NCBI GenBank assembly: GCA_963718665.1
Contig: OY970359.1
Coordinates: 1,632,001-1,696,000, forward strand
DNA: 64,000 nucleotides
Source of the DNA: an uncultured Phycisphaerales bacterium
GTDB lineage: Bacteria > Planctomycetota > Phycisphaerae > Sedimentisphaerales > Anaerobacaceae
Direction of reading: 5' to 3'
The translations under genes were made by a program, and so were the position numbers. Shown here one piece after another: positions 11,120 to 21,379 of this stretch. Each line of letters opens with the position of its first letter. Position 1 is the stretch's first letter. The notes under the pieces were generated by a model. It was not told the origin of the DNA. It saw only the letters and a list, made by a program, of their open reading frames with translations, and made no database searches.

Positions 11120-11954
11120 AGTTTATCAGTTTTATACCTGCTTCATTGAAAGATTGTTTTGTTTTTTCACTGCAAAGGGCCTCAATCTCGATTTCACGCT
11201 GTTTGACCAAACGGGTCCGGGTTGCGTCAAGGTCATAGGTATATCCCGGGTGCGTCATTACTTCTGCTGTCGAGGCGATATTATACAGTGAAACAGCCCG
11301 CATAAAAGCGGTATTTATTTTTCCGACGTGGTTGACGCCTAAGAGCCAATCGGTTTTGAAGAACGCGGAATTTTGGAAGCGGTTGATTTTTGCCATTGTT
11401 CGTATGAGCGACGCTCGTTTTCTGCTTTCGCGGTCGGTTAAGGGCCAGGGTAATTGGCTCACCTGTTTCGGTTCGAAGGTATAGCGAATCGCGGGAATGC
11501 TAAAGCGTTTTGCCAATCGGCAGACAATCGGGAATATGGAGGGGAAGGAATGAATATGTTTATGCGAATCGAGGTGTGTTGGTTTTATGCCTTTGTCGAT
11601 TAGCCACTGAATCTGGGAGGCCAGCTCGGTTTCGATGGCGGTTCGGACTTTGCCGGTTATGAGGGACGCGAGCGTCAACTTACCCGGCGATAAAGCGAAA
11701 CATCCCTGCGAGTCGAGGATTAGTTTTACGGTGTTATCCCGGCAGAGGGGTTTTCCTGCGGTGAGGTTAAGATGGACGCCGAGGCCGAGGGTTGGCAGAT
11801 TTTTGGCTAATTCGACGGCCTGTTCGGCGGCGGGCATATTGGCCATAATGGTTGTGCTTGTCAGGACACCTTTGGTGTGTGCCTCGACAATTCCTTTGTT
11901 GACGCTTTCGCAAAACCCGAAGTCGTCAGCGTTTATTATTAGTCGTCGTTCCAT
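11106..11954 (-). CDS. YdjC/ChbG/HpnK-family carbohydrate deacetylase
   Basis: LIINADDFG, GVHLNLT, HLDSHKHIH, EVMTHPG. Confidence 0.88.
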   Translation of the reverse strand: MERRLIINADDFGFCESVNKGIVEAHTKGVLTSTTIMANMPAAEQAVELAKNLPTLGLGVHLNLTAGKPLCRDNTVKLILDSQGCFALSPGKLTLASLITGKVRTAIETELASQIQWLIDKGIKPTHLDSHKHIHSFPSIFPIVCRLAKRFSIPAIRYTFEPKQVSQLPWPLTDRESRKRASLIRTMAKINRFQNSAFFKTDWLLGVNHVGKINTAFMRAVSLYNIASTAEVMTHPGYTYDLDATRTRLVKQREIEIEALCSEKTKQSFNEAGIKLINYGQL

Positions 11955-11992
11955 TGCGGGCAAGTTTAAGGTGGCTTCGTATCGTCGTCAAC

Positions 11993-12940
11993 TTATTTGG
12001 CGAAGTAGAAGCGACTGATGATGAAGCCGATGGCGAGGGCGAGACAGCCGATGAAATGGAGGAGAATGGTAATTGCGCAGGCGCGATGCTGGGTAGGGCC
12101 TGGGGTGGAGATGTTGTGAACATTGACGAAGTTTATAGCGGCTACAGAGGCGGGCAGGCCAAAGAGGAAATACAGAAGCAAAGGCCAGGTCATAACTCTG
12201 CCGACAAAGACGCCCGCGACCATAATCACAAACGTGCTTATCACGGCGATTCGGTAAATCTGCACGCCGACGGGGATGCTGAGGAGGACGACGAGGGTTT
12301 TCTTATTGACGGCGGCATCGGCGGGCAGGTCAGGAAATTCATTTATGAGAATTATGAGGAGAATCAGGATGCCGACGACACAGGCGGCGGGCAGTGGTGT
12401 AATGCTGATTAAACCGGTTTGGAGATAGTAAGAGCCATAGACGGGGAAGATACCGAAGAGAAAGGCGATAGCGATTTCGCCGACACCACGATAGCCGAGT
12501 TTGACCGGCGGCGCGGTGTAGAAAAATCCGCCGAGCAGGCCTATGAGGCCGAGGATTAAAATGAACCAGCTGCGAGTCATATACAGGATGACCAAGCCGA
12601 GCGATACGCCGAGGGCGAGGCAAAAAATTGATGCGGCCAGCGTTGCCTTCGGCGAGAGGATATTTTGCTGGATGAATTGTCTGCCGCCTGAGAATGGAGT
12701 GACGTTTTTGTTGAGCCAGTCGTTGCCGGAAAGGGAGTCGAAGTAGTCGTTGGCGATATTTGCGCCAGCGTGCAGGGCCATCATGCTGAATAATGCCAGC
12801 AGAAACAGGGGCCAGTGGAATGTGCCCATAACCGCGAAGCCGAGAGCCGAGCCGACGGGAACGGGGCTGATGCTCGCGGTGAGAAACTGCGGCCTCGATG
12901 CGAGAAATAAAATTGTCAGATTTTTCCGGTTAAGAGCCAT
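11993..12940 (-). CDS. menA: 1,4-dihydroxy-2-naphthoate prenyltransferase (UbiA family)
   Basis: ANIANDYFD, YTAPP.KLGYRGVGE, NEFPD..D..VNKKTL. Confidence 0.8.
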   Translation of the reverse strand: MALNRKNLTILFLASRPQFLTASISPVPVGSALGFAVMGTFHWPLFLLALFSMMALHAGANIANDYFDSLSGNDWLNKNVTPFSGGRQFIQQNILSPKATLAASIFCLALGVSLGLVILYMTRSWFILILGLIGLLGGFFYTAPPVKLGYRGVGEIAIAFLFGIFPVYGSYYLQTGLISITPLPAACVVGILILLIILINEFPDLPADAAVNKKTLVVLLSIPVGVQIYRIAVISTFVIMVAGVFVGRVMTWPLLLYFLFGLPASVAAINFVNVHNISTPGPTQHRACAITILLHFIGCLALAIGFIISRFYFAK

Positions 12941-13157
12941 AAGATTGAATGGTTTACTTTAAATAACAGTTTTGCGGGTTAATTATGCTGATTAGCGGCG
13001 TTTTTACAAGATTATTGGCGTGATGGATATTTTGAATTTTAATCAAATTTTAAGCGGGTGCTAATCTGCCGGTAACGCAAAATGTTTAAACACGTTATCG
13101 GTGAAAGTCACAATAGGTTGGTCTTGTTGACGAACCTGTAATAATAAGACGTCAATA

Positions 13158-13292
13158 GCTCTTCCTGGGGTGGCAGCTGGCGCTAAGACTCCTAAGTCCG
13201 GCGCACTGGATTCGGAAGATGCTTTGCGAATGGCGGCGCTGAAAAGTGCTCGTCGGCCGGTTGAAGACGTATAAGGCCGCGAGCCGGAGGGT
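13158..13292 (+). ncRNA. Candidate structured small RNA (6S-like or unknown)
   Basis: GC-rich block in an AT-rich gap; ends pair (CTTCCTGG..CCGGAGG); stems AGTCCGG/CTGGATT and GCGCT-GAAA-AGTGC with G-U pairs valid only on + strand. Confidence 0.4.
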
Positions 13293-13296
13293 GATA

Positions 13297-13329
13297 GGGC
13301 GATACGGCCCTGAATGTGCCGTATCGCCC
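13297..13329. terminator. 12-bp perfect hairpin between the candidate sRNA and the miaA 3' end
   Basis: GGGCGATACGGC-N9-GCCGTATCGCCC. Confidence 0.6.
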
Positions 13330-13346
13330 ATAGCCGCCACGCATTT

Positions 13347-14273
13347 CTATGTTATTTTCAATATCTCTTTTGCGCGGGTGAGTACAGAATCAACGGTTTC
13401 ATCGGTGGCGAGGTCGAGGGAGTGGACGTTTTTGAAGGTTTTAAACCATGTTCGCTGCGCCTTGGCGAGTTTTCGGGTGTTTTTCTTGATTAGTTCAATT
13501 GCATCGTCGAGAGTTATTTGGCCTGCGAGGTGGTTTATTATTTCAGCGTAGCCGATGGCGGAGCGGGCCTGTTTGCTGAGCGGTTTTGGTTCAGCGAGGA
13601 GCTGTTTAACCTCATCGACTAGGCTGGCGTCAATCATCTTTTTTACTCTTGTGTTGATGCGTTTGTTTTCCTCGGATTTTTCCCTTCGTAAGCCGATGAT
13701 TATCCAGTCCTGCGAAGCGTTTGTGTCCCACTGCTGCTGAAAGGCAGAGATGGGTTTGCCGGTTAGTTTATACACCTCAATGGCACGGATGATGCGTCTT
13801 GGGTCGTTGGCGCTGATTTTGGCGGCGGCAGCGGGGTCGATTTTTTGAAGCTGGGCGTAAAGTTTGCCGAGGCCTTCGGCTTGTGCCTGTGCTTTGAGTT
13901 CCTCGCGGATTTGTTCATCGGCACCGGGGCCTTCAAACAGGCCGTAGAGGAGCGATTTGATGTAGAGGGCTGTGCCGCCAACCGCGACGACGGGTTTGCC
14001 ACGTTTTTTTATGTCGTCGATAGATTCTATAGCCAGTTCGAGGAATCGAGCGACACTGAATGAGTCGCCGGGTTCGACGACGTCGATGAGATGATAGGGA
14101 ATCTGGTCGAGGTTTTCTTTTGGGGGTTTGGCGGTGCCGATATCCATTCGGCGATAGACCTTCATCGAGTCGATGCTGATAATTTCAGCGCCGAGAGATT
14201 TTGCCAGGGCGAAGGCGAGTTTGCCTTTGCCTGAAGCGGTGACGCCAAGAATAAGAATCATTTTGGGGTTCAT
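13347..14273 (-). CDS. miaA: tRNA dimethylallyltransferase
   Basis: GVTASGK, SIDSMKVYRRMDIGTAKP, VGGTALY, AIGY, AKAQRTWF. Confidence 0.95.
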   Translation of the reverse strand: MNPKMILILGVTASGKGKLAFALAKSLGAEIISIDSMKVYRRMDIGTAKPPKENLDQIPYHLIDVVEPGDSFSVARFLELAIESIDDIKKRGKPVVAVGGTALYIKSLLYGLFEGPGADEQIREELKAQAQAEGLGKLYAQLQKIDPAAAAKISANDPRRIIRAIEVYKLTGKPISAFQQQWDTNASQDWIIIGLRREKSEENKRINTRVKKMIDASLVDEVKQLLAEPKPLSKQARSAIGYAEIINHLAGQITLDDAIELIKKNTRKLAKAQRTWFKTFKNVHSLDLATDETVDSVLTRAKEILKIT

Positions 14274-14353
14274 AATTTTTTATCGAAGCCCCGCGGGGCG
14301 AGTGTATAATACGGTTTTTGGGATTGTAACGCAACGTTTCCGGGGCTGGTGTT

Positions 14354-15259
14354 ATGAAGTCAGACAGTGAAATGCAAAGACGGTTTGAGAGGGACCTGGA
14401 GCGCAAGGTCAAGTTGGTTAATAGGACGCTTGGCTGGATTTTGTCGCGGAGGGATTTAATCAGCAAAGAGCTTAGGGGGCCGGTTCGTTACGCGTTAATG
14501 GGACCGGGCAAGCGCATACGCTCTGCGATAGTGTTGTGGTGCTGCGAAATGATAAGCGGGAAGGTTAATCGCGACGCGGAGATAGCTGCGGCGGCGATAG
14601 AGATGGTTCATACGTATTCGCTGATACACGATGATTTGCCGGCGATGGATGACGATGATTATCGACGGGGTCGGCTGACGTGTCATAAGAAATTTGACGA
14701 GGCGACGGCGATACTTGCGGGGGACGGGTTGCTGACGCTGGCGTTTGAGGTGCTGGCGAAGGAAATAAAAAATCCTGCGACGGCTGCGCGGCTGGTTGGC
14801 GAGCTTGCGGAGACGGCGGGGTCTGCGGGAATGGTGGCGGGACAAATGGCGGACCTTGATTTTGAAAACAAAAGCGTTGATGAGAAGATGCTGCGATACA
14901 TTCACACCAACAAGACGGCAAAGATGTTCCGCTGTGCCGCTGTTATGGGTGGGATATGTGGAGGGGCCAACGAGAAACAATTGAAGCGGCTGCGGGAATA
15001 CGGATTAAAGATAGGACTTGGGTTCCAGATAGCAGACGACATACTTGACGTGTGCGGGACGAGCAAACAATTGGGCAAGACCAGCGGCAAAGACGCAAGG
15101 CAGGGAAAGCAAACGTATCCTGCGGTGGTGGGGCTTGAGAAGTCGAGAAAATTGGCTGAGAAGATTGCCGATGAGGCGGTTGCTGCGTTAAAGCCCTTTG
15201 GTGAAAAAGCGGAGACGCTTCGCCGGCTTGTTGAGACGCTTTTGAACAGGACGAAATAA
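14354..15259 (+). CDS. ispA: Farnesyl/geranylgeranyl diphosphate synthase
   Basis: GKRIR, LIHDDLPAMDDDDYRRG, GQMADL, FQIADDILD. Confidence 0.9.
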   Translation: MKSDSEMQRRFERDLERKVKLVNRTLGWILSRRDLISKELRGPVRYALMGPGKRIRSAIVLWCCEMISGKVNRDAEIAAAAIEMVHTYSLIHDDLPAMDDDDYRRGRLTCHKKFDEATAILAGDGLLTLAFEVLAKEIKNPATAARLVGELAETAGSAGMVAGQMADLDFENKSVDEKMLRYIHTNKTAKMFRCAAVMGGICGGANEKQLKRLREYGLKIGLGFQIADDILDVCGTSKQLGKTSGKDARQGKQTYPAVVGLEKSRKLAEKIADEAVAALKPFGEKAETLRRLVETLLNRTK

Positions 15260-15282
15260 AAACTCCAAACACCAAATCCTAA

Positions 15283-15390
15283 ATCCGCCTTCGCCGATGC
15301 TCCGGCGGACAAGTCCCAAACCCTCCCCAAGGCGAGGTCTCGCCCGCCTCGACTCGCCTCAGCGAGGCCGGGCTGAAGGCGGACAAGCAC
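15283..15390. repeat. Cluster of REP-like palindromes (TCCGCC..GGCGGACAAG family)
   Basis: atccgccttcgccgatgctccggcggacaag; related copies at 27541-27600. Confidence 0.6.
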
Positions 15391-15898
15391 CAATTAATAA
15401 AATTCAAATCTCAAACGGCTGACGCCTGGGGGAACAGCATTATCGATACTGATAACGGGGTTGGGGGATAAGGTTTTTCGGCAATTTTGGGTGAGGGATT
15501 TTGACTCATAAAAAATTAAAGGAGTTGTCGATGAGACAAACAGAACTATGGGAGCTTGATTATGGAAGTGCTGATGTCGCCTATAGGGCTGGTAATGGTG
15601 GTTATAAACCTCTCGCTACCGGCGGGTTTGGCTGGCGGGAAGGTAGTTTTTGAATATACAGAAGATTCACAGGTTTTTTGGAATTTTTATGGAGCGAGTC
15701 ATTTGGTTTACAGAATACGACCTCCGCCGAGGCCTCCTTAGGTAAGTTGAACTCGTAAGTTTAAAGCTGTTTTTGCGAACAAACGGGCCATCCTTCGAAG
15801 TAAATCAGGGTGGCCTTTTTATTTTGTCACAAATCAGAGGACAGATGACAGAAGACAGAGGGCAGGCCATATCCGTCCCTGGTTTTCTGTCTTCAGTT

Positions 15899-17736
15899 TT
15901 AGTCGGTGCTGTAGTCGTGCCAGCCGGCGGGAGCGGGGATATATTTGCCGGATAACCAGATATCGCCCGGCAGTATGCCCGACATCAGCCGGGTATCGAT
16001 GTAATATTGTTTAATATAACCATCAGAGCCGAGGTGGCCTACGACGCCTCTAACGACTTCAGTGATACTGCCGTGGACGACGAGATAATCCTGCGGGCTG
16101 GAGTAAACCCTTCTGCCGTTTGATGTATTAACGTTTTCCGCACCCCATCCGCCGCCGCCAACTGTCATTGCGGCCTCGACGATGGTTGGGTCGGAAAGAT
16201 ATCGGCCTGTGTACCCTGGTTTTTTGATTCCAATTGGCCGATAAGTGTATCCAGCGTAGCTTGGAGGTGTAGCAGGTGCCTGTCCCGGGTCAACGACTTT
16301 TATTACGCCCTGAGCGATAAGGCCGAGGACGTTAGTATTTGTCGCGCTGGGAATGCCGTTTGGGTCGAGGCTGGTGTCGTGAGGTCCATCAACTTTTATC
16401 GAATCGGCTATCCAAATATTACCTGTGGCGACGACGGTCATTGTGCCATTGACGACCATATTATTGATGTCGGTAAAGTTCGCGTCTTCGCCACCACCGA
16501 TTACGACGTTGCCATTGACGTAGATTTGACCGCCGGGGCGCTTGTATAACCGCCGATGGTCTGGGTAACATAAGTATTCGTGATGGGAACAACAATACAG
16601 GGGTCGGAGGTTTTTTTATAGTGATAGGCATAAATACTGTATTGATGGAAACTCATTGGGTTGCTGCCTGAGACGATATTGTAATCTGAAGGTCCCGCGT
16701 TGGCTAATTGTACTATGCAGTTTGGGTCGATGCGAACCATTCCGATGCCGTTCTTGACGTAGAATTCGAGCTGGACGGCCGAGCATCTAGGATTTGAGAG
16801 GCCGCTGGGAGCGGTAGCATTGGGCGTAAATTGGTAGGCGGGGAGGGTGCTGTTTTTGAATCGAGTAACTTTGTCCTGGACGGCTGTCGCATCAGTGATG
16901 CGGACAGTTGGCTGGTCGAAAACTATTCCGCTTTGAAAGCATGACATAATGCCGGAGTATTTGTCGGTGCCGCCGGAGGTGTATCTGTCTTCGCCCATTT
17001 CGACTTGTTGCAGGAATGTCGGGGTGCCGCTTATGAAAATATCGGCAACGTCCGGGTTGTCGTTAGCTTTATTTATATGCAGAGGCATATCGATTACCTC
17101 ACCGCTGCCGAAGTACACCGGAGTCGTGGAGGATGACCCGGATGGGACCACGCAGGAGCCCATAGCCCAGCCACAGGTTTCCTGAACTACGTTTACGTCA
17201 ACGATTCTGGTGAATGAAGGTCTGCCGCTTATTCCTGTGGACTTTACTTCGAAGACAGGTTTCTGGCCGAGCCAGCCCTGGAAGTTAATCGTATAGCTGC
17301 AGGTTGCACTTCCGAAATTGAGGGAGCCGTTTTCGCTTCCTGCCTGGATAGCACCGAGGATATCTTCCTGCTGGCCCATCCAGAAGATAGCGCTTTCATA
17401 GCCGGCTTCAGCGGCGAGCATAGCTTCGGTCTCGGATTTGGTCAGGACGGCCTGGAGGCGGACTTGATAGTCGGACATATTGGAGCCAATAATGAGCGCC
17501 ATAAGAATCACGACGGCCATAAGGACCAGAAGCAGGACAAATCCTCCTTCTCTAAAGCTTCCGATTTTGTTCCGATACGCTACATTGGGACTATGCCGGA
17601 TGAATCGGAGGACAGGTCCATTACTTGTCGCTCGCCGCTCGTCGCTCGCAGAGGTCGAGTTACGGGTTGCGAGTTGCGTATTACGAATATGAAGTTTTAA
17701 GTATTGAGTATTCATAATTTGGCTCCTGTACCACAC
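15899..17736 (-). pseudogene. PilX-like large minor pilin, split by a 1-nt frameshift at G4 16535-16538
   Basis: G|FVLLLVL hydrophobic N-terminus, A..AAEAG; adding one base joins SAPGGQIYVNGNVVIGG..NMVVNG to ORF 15899-16459. Confidence 0.7.
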
Positions 17737-18401
17737 TACTGTGGCCAGATGTTTCGGAGATAAGTCGCCGCGAGGAAAGTGTCTATTTTATTGTTTAGCG
17801 TATCATTAATGACCAAATTCATTCTGACACAGCCATTTCCATCACCGGCCAAATCTGTTGCGGTATGGCTAAATGCGACGCTTGTAACGTTATGGGCGAG
17901 GATGACGGTTGTTACGCCGTTTCCGGTTACCCTGTGTCCTGCGGCGTTGATGGCGCCACCAGTTGGGCCGCCGGTCGATGTGCCAAAGTCGACATTGAGC
18001 TGGCCGTTGTTGAGATAGAAGAAGGCATAACTGTCCGCGACGCTGGTTGGAGCCAGCATAGCGGAGGTAAGGTAGGTACTCCAGTATCTAAATTCAACGG
18101 CTTGGCCCGTCAGGGTTTCATCGGGTAGGGAGGCCGGTACGACCCGGGTGTAGGTTGTGTTGGAGCCACTGCCGGCGACGCTGTAAACATAGTAGTCCTT
18201 TTGATTGGATTTTCGTCCGAATGAGCCGAATGTGGTAATTGTGCCAATAGAATCGAGCCGGGAATTGGCGTCGGCGATATTGTAAGTTCTGTTCCAGCTT
18301 TGATACCCGCTTTGGACGAGCATCGCGACGGAGAGCATAACAATACAACTGACAACTGTTGCTGTCATGAGTTCAATCAGCGTAAATCCGTTTCTTTTCA
18401 T
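17736..18401 (-). CDS. Type IV pilin-like protein (PilW-like)
   Basis: Class III signal MKRNG|FTLIEL. Confidence 0.85.
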   Translation of the reverse strand: MKRNGFTLIELMTATVVSCIVMLSVAMLVQSGYQSWNRTYNIADANSRLDSIGTITTFGSFGRKSNQKDYYVYSVAGSGSNTTYTRVVPASLPDETLTGQAVEFRYWSTYLTSAMLAPTSVADSYAFFYLNNGQLNVDFGTSTGGPTGGAINAAGHRVTGNGVTTVILAHNVTSVAFSHTATDLAGDGNGCVRMNLVINDTLNNKIDTFLAATYLRNIWPQ

Positions 18402-18428
18402 AAATTTTTACTGATGACTCGGGACGAG

Positions 18429-18917
18429 TTATGCATCGAGCCTCACAAAAGTGGTAAAGGTCAGAGTAGGGTCTGAACTGCTGACAGTGCCAGGACTATA
18501 ATCTTTTCGCCAGCTTACAGTTATACTTAGTTGCTGAAGCGTTACCCCCGCAACCGTGTCGGGATTGGAGCCGCTGCTGACAGGGGCCAGTTGCTGGGCC
18601 AGTTGAATATAGAATGTCTGGTAGTCAATGGTGATTGTATAGTTTCCTTGAGTTACGAGCGTAAAACCCAGCCCCAGGGTATTAGGGTCGTAGGCGGAAT
18701 TGCCACCGGTGCTTTTCCAGTCCTCAAGCAGTAATTGGCCGAGACGAGTGGCGGCGGTCTGTGCTTCTGCCTGGCGGGCAGGGCTTGCACCGTTGTACTG
18801 AAAGTACATTGTACCCACGGCGACTATTATAACAATAGCCATAGAGAGCATTACTTCCACAATAGTGAATCCGTGGAGTCGTGAATTTTTGCGAGGGTTA
18901 TTCATCATAGTATTCAT
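18429..18917 (-). CDS. Type IV pilin-like protein (PilV-like)
   Basis: Class III signal HG|FTIVEV; C-terminal ITVSW strand. Confidence 0.8.
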   Translation of the reverse strand: MNTMMNNPRKNSRLHGFTIVEVMLSMAIVIIVAVGTMYFQYNGASPARQAEAQTAATRLGQLLLEDWKSTGGNSAYDPNTLGLGFTLVTQGNYTITIDYQTFYIQLAQQLAPVSSGSNPDTVAGVTLQQLSITVSWRKDYSPGTVSSSDPTLTFTTFVRLDA

Positions 18918-19327
18918 TGGTCGGCCTAAAAAATCTGGTGGTAACTGGCGTGTAAAACTACACAACCAGATTCTCCCAATCTAAAGTATTGCAGATATTT
19001 ATGTTATATCCAAGATACCTATGCAGTTTTACGCCGTATAAATCGGCATTTCTTATTGATGAGTTGATATAGGAAGCGTTTTGTTTGTCTTGCTGTTGGC
19101 TGTGCGATAAACGCTGATATTATAGGGTGTAATGCTGGTTTTTGGGAAAAGACCAAACAATATGAGGCATTTCGGGGTATATAGGCGAGTTAGGGGGATT
19201 TTTGTATAAGAGAAGGGATTTGCGAAGTAATTGGGGGGTGTTATAGCCGCAAAGATGGTCTGGGTTTGGTTGAAGTATTAGATAGAATGGTGTATAATCA
19301 AAGGTTTGTCTGAAATTGGGTTAAGTG

Positions 19328-21379
19328 ATGCAAAATTCAAAAGAAGCATATCAGGAATTTGGTGTCAGGAGGCCGGCGGAAGTGCTGCGTCCGGCATCGA
19401 CGAGTCCGGCCAGCGTGGACCCTCTGAAGAAAAATGAAGGGGTTGGCGACGAGGGCTGGGGGGGGTATCCTCTGCTTAGGGGGATAAACGGACCTGCGGA
19501 TGTGAAAAAGCTTTCGGTAGCCCAGTTGAGCCAATTAGCCGATGAGATACGCCAATTCATAATCGAGACGGTGGGCATGACCGGAGGGCACCTGGCGAGC
19601 AGCTTAGGGGTTGTTGAGATAACGCTTGCACTGCATTATGTGTTCGATTTTGAGCAGGATAAACTGGTCTGGGACGTGGGGCATCAGTGCTATGCGCATA
19701 AGATAGTTACGGGGAGGAAAGAGGAGTTCAGGAATCTTCGTCGAGCCGGGGGGGTGAGCGGATTTCCGAATCCTGAGGAAAGTACTTATGACCAGTTCGC
19801 GGTGGGGCATGCGGGGACGTCGATAGGCACAGCTATCGGGCTTGCGCTTGGTGAGATGAAACAGGCAAGGCAGAATAAGATTGTAGCTCTTGTCGGGGAC
19901 GGTAGTATCGTCAATGGGGCGAGCTTCGAGTCACTGAACAACCTTGGCCTGGTCAAGCGACAGACGCTGATTGTGCTGAATGATAACTCGATGGCGATAG
20001 ACGCGACGCAGGGTGCGGTGGCGAAGTATTTTTCGAAGATTCGATTGAGCCAGACATACGAGGATTTGCGAAGGACGACGAGCGACATACTGGAACATAC
20101 GCCTGTGATTGGCAAAACGGTGGAGGAAGCGATAGAGCGAATCAAGAAGAGCATTCGTATGGTACTTCCCGGCGGCCGGCTGTTTGAGAGTTTGAATGTG
20201 CCGTATTTCGGGCCTGTGGATGGTCATGATATAGGGGCTTTGGTGCAGTTATTCAGGGCTTTGAAGCAGATTGACCACCCGGTGCTTTTGCATTGTCATA
20301 CCAAAAAAGGGATGGGATTTACGCCCGCGGACAATCATCCGAGCAAGTATCATTCGACCGGGCCATTCAAGATGAACGGCGACGTGGTTGAGCCGGCGAC
20401 GGAGAAGCAGGGGCGAAGCTTTACGGACGTTTTCGGCGACGAGTTAGTAAGATTGGCTGAGAAGGACAAGAAGGTTATCGCGATAAGCAGCGCGATGTGC
20501 GAGGGGACGGGGCTGAAAAAGTTCCGCGAGAAGTATCCCGACAGATTTTATGACGTTGGAATAGCTGAAAGCGCGGCGGTTGAGATAGCGGCGGGTCTCG
20601 CGAAGAGCGGATTGCGGCCTGTGGTGTGCATATATTCGACTTTTTTGCAGAGGAGTTTCGACCAGATATTCCAGGAGGTTTCGCTGCAGAAACTGCCTGT
20701 GGTATTTTGCATAGACAGGGCGGGAGTGGTAGGGGCGGACGGGCCGACGCATCATGGTCTTATGGATATCGGGTATTTGCGAATGATGCCGAATCTTGCA
20801 CTTGTTTCGCCTGCGGACGCGGTTGAGATGGGGGGCGTTTTGGAATTCGCGTTGAGCGCGGACAGGGCCGTGTGCGTGAGGTATCCGAAAGAAATAGTTG
20901 CCAGCGAGCGGATAGTCGAGTCGAGCGATGAGCCGTTTGTTCTGGGTAAAAGCGTGGTTGCCAGAAGCAGCGACAGGTCTGCTGCGGTGATAGTAAGTTA
21001 CGGAAGCGTTCTTATTGAAGCGATAGCAGCCGCAAGGGCGCTGGCGGAGGAAGGCATAGAGGTTGACGTGATAAACGCGAGGTTTGCGGCACCGATTGAC
21101 AGCAGGATAGTTGAGCTTATGGGAGCGGGCAAGCCGGTGATTACGGTTGAGGATCACGGGGTGGCTTGCGGGTTTGGTTCGGCGATAATGGAGGCGGCGG
21201 GTCAGCACAGCGGCGGATTTGTGCCCCGGCGGGACGGGGGAGCGATTCGGATTTTAGGGGCGTCGAAGCGATTTATCAGGCACGATTCACGGAGCAACCA
21301 GCTTATGGAGGCGGGGATAAATGCCGATAAAATAGCGGAAGCGGTGTATCAGATACTAAATAGACGTGAGAATCAATGA
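19328..21379 (+). CDS. dxs: 1-deoxy-D-xylulose-5-phosphate synthase
   Basis: GGHLASSLG, WDVGHQCYAHK, GDGS..LNDN, DVGIAE, DRAG.VGADGPTHHG. Confidence 0.95.
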   Translation: MQNSKEAYQEFGVRRPAEVLRPASTSPASVDPLKKNEGVGDEGWGGYPLLRGINGPADVKKLSVAQLSQLADEIRQFIIETVGMTGGHLASSLGVVEITLALHYVFDFEQDKLVWDVGHQCYAHKIVTGRKEEFRNLRRAGGVSGFPNPEESTYDQFAVGHAGTSIGTAIGLALGEMKQARQNKIVALVGDGSIVNGASFESLNNLGLVKRQTLIVLNDNSMAIDATQGAVAKYFSKIRLSQTYEDLRRTTSDILEHTPVIGKTVEEAIERIKKSIRMVLPGGRLFESLNVPYFGPVDGHDIGALVQLFRALKQIDHPVLLHCHTKKGMGFTPADNHPSKYHSTGPFKMNGDVVEPATEKQGRSFTDVFGDELVRLAEKDKKVIAISSAMCEGTGLKKFREKYPDRFYDVGIAESAAVEIAAGLAKSGLRPVVCIYSTFLQRSFDQIFQEVSLQKLPVVFCIDRAGVVGADGPTHHGLMDIGYLRMMPNLALVSPADAVEMGGVLEFALSADRAVCVRYPKEIVASERIVESSDEPFVLGKSVVARSSDRSAAVIVSYGSVLIEAIAAARALAEEGIEVDVINARFAAPIDSRIVELMGAGKPVITVEDHGVACGFGSAIMEAAGQHSGGFVPRRDGGAIRILGASKRFIRHDSRSNQLMEAGINADKIAEAVYQILNRRENQ

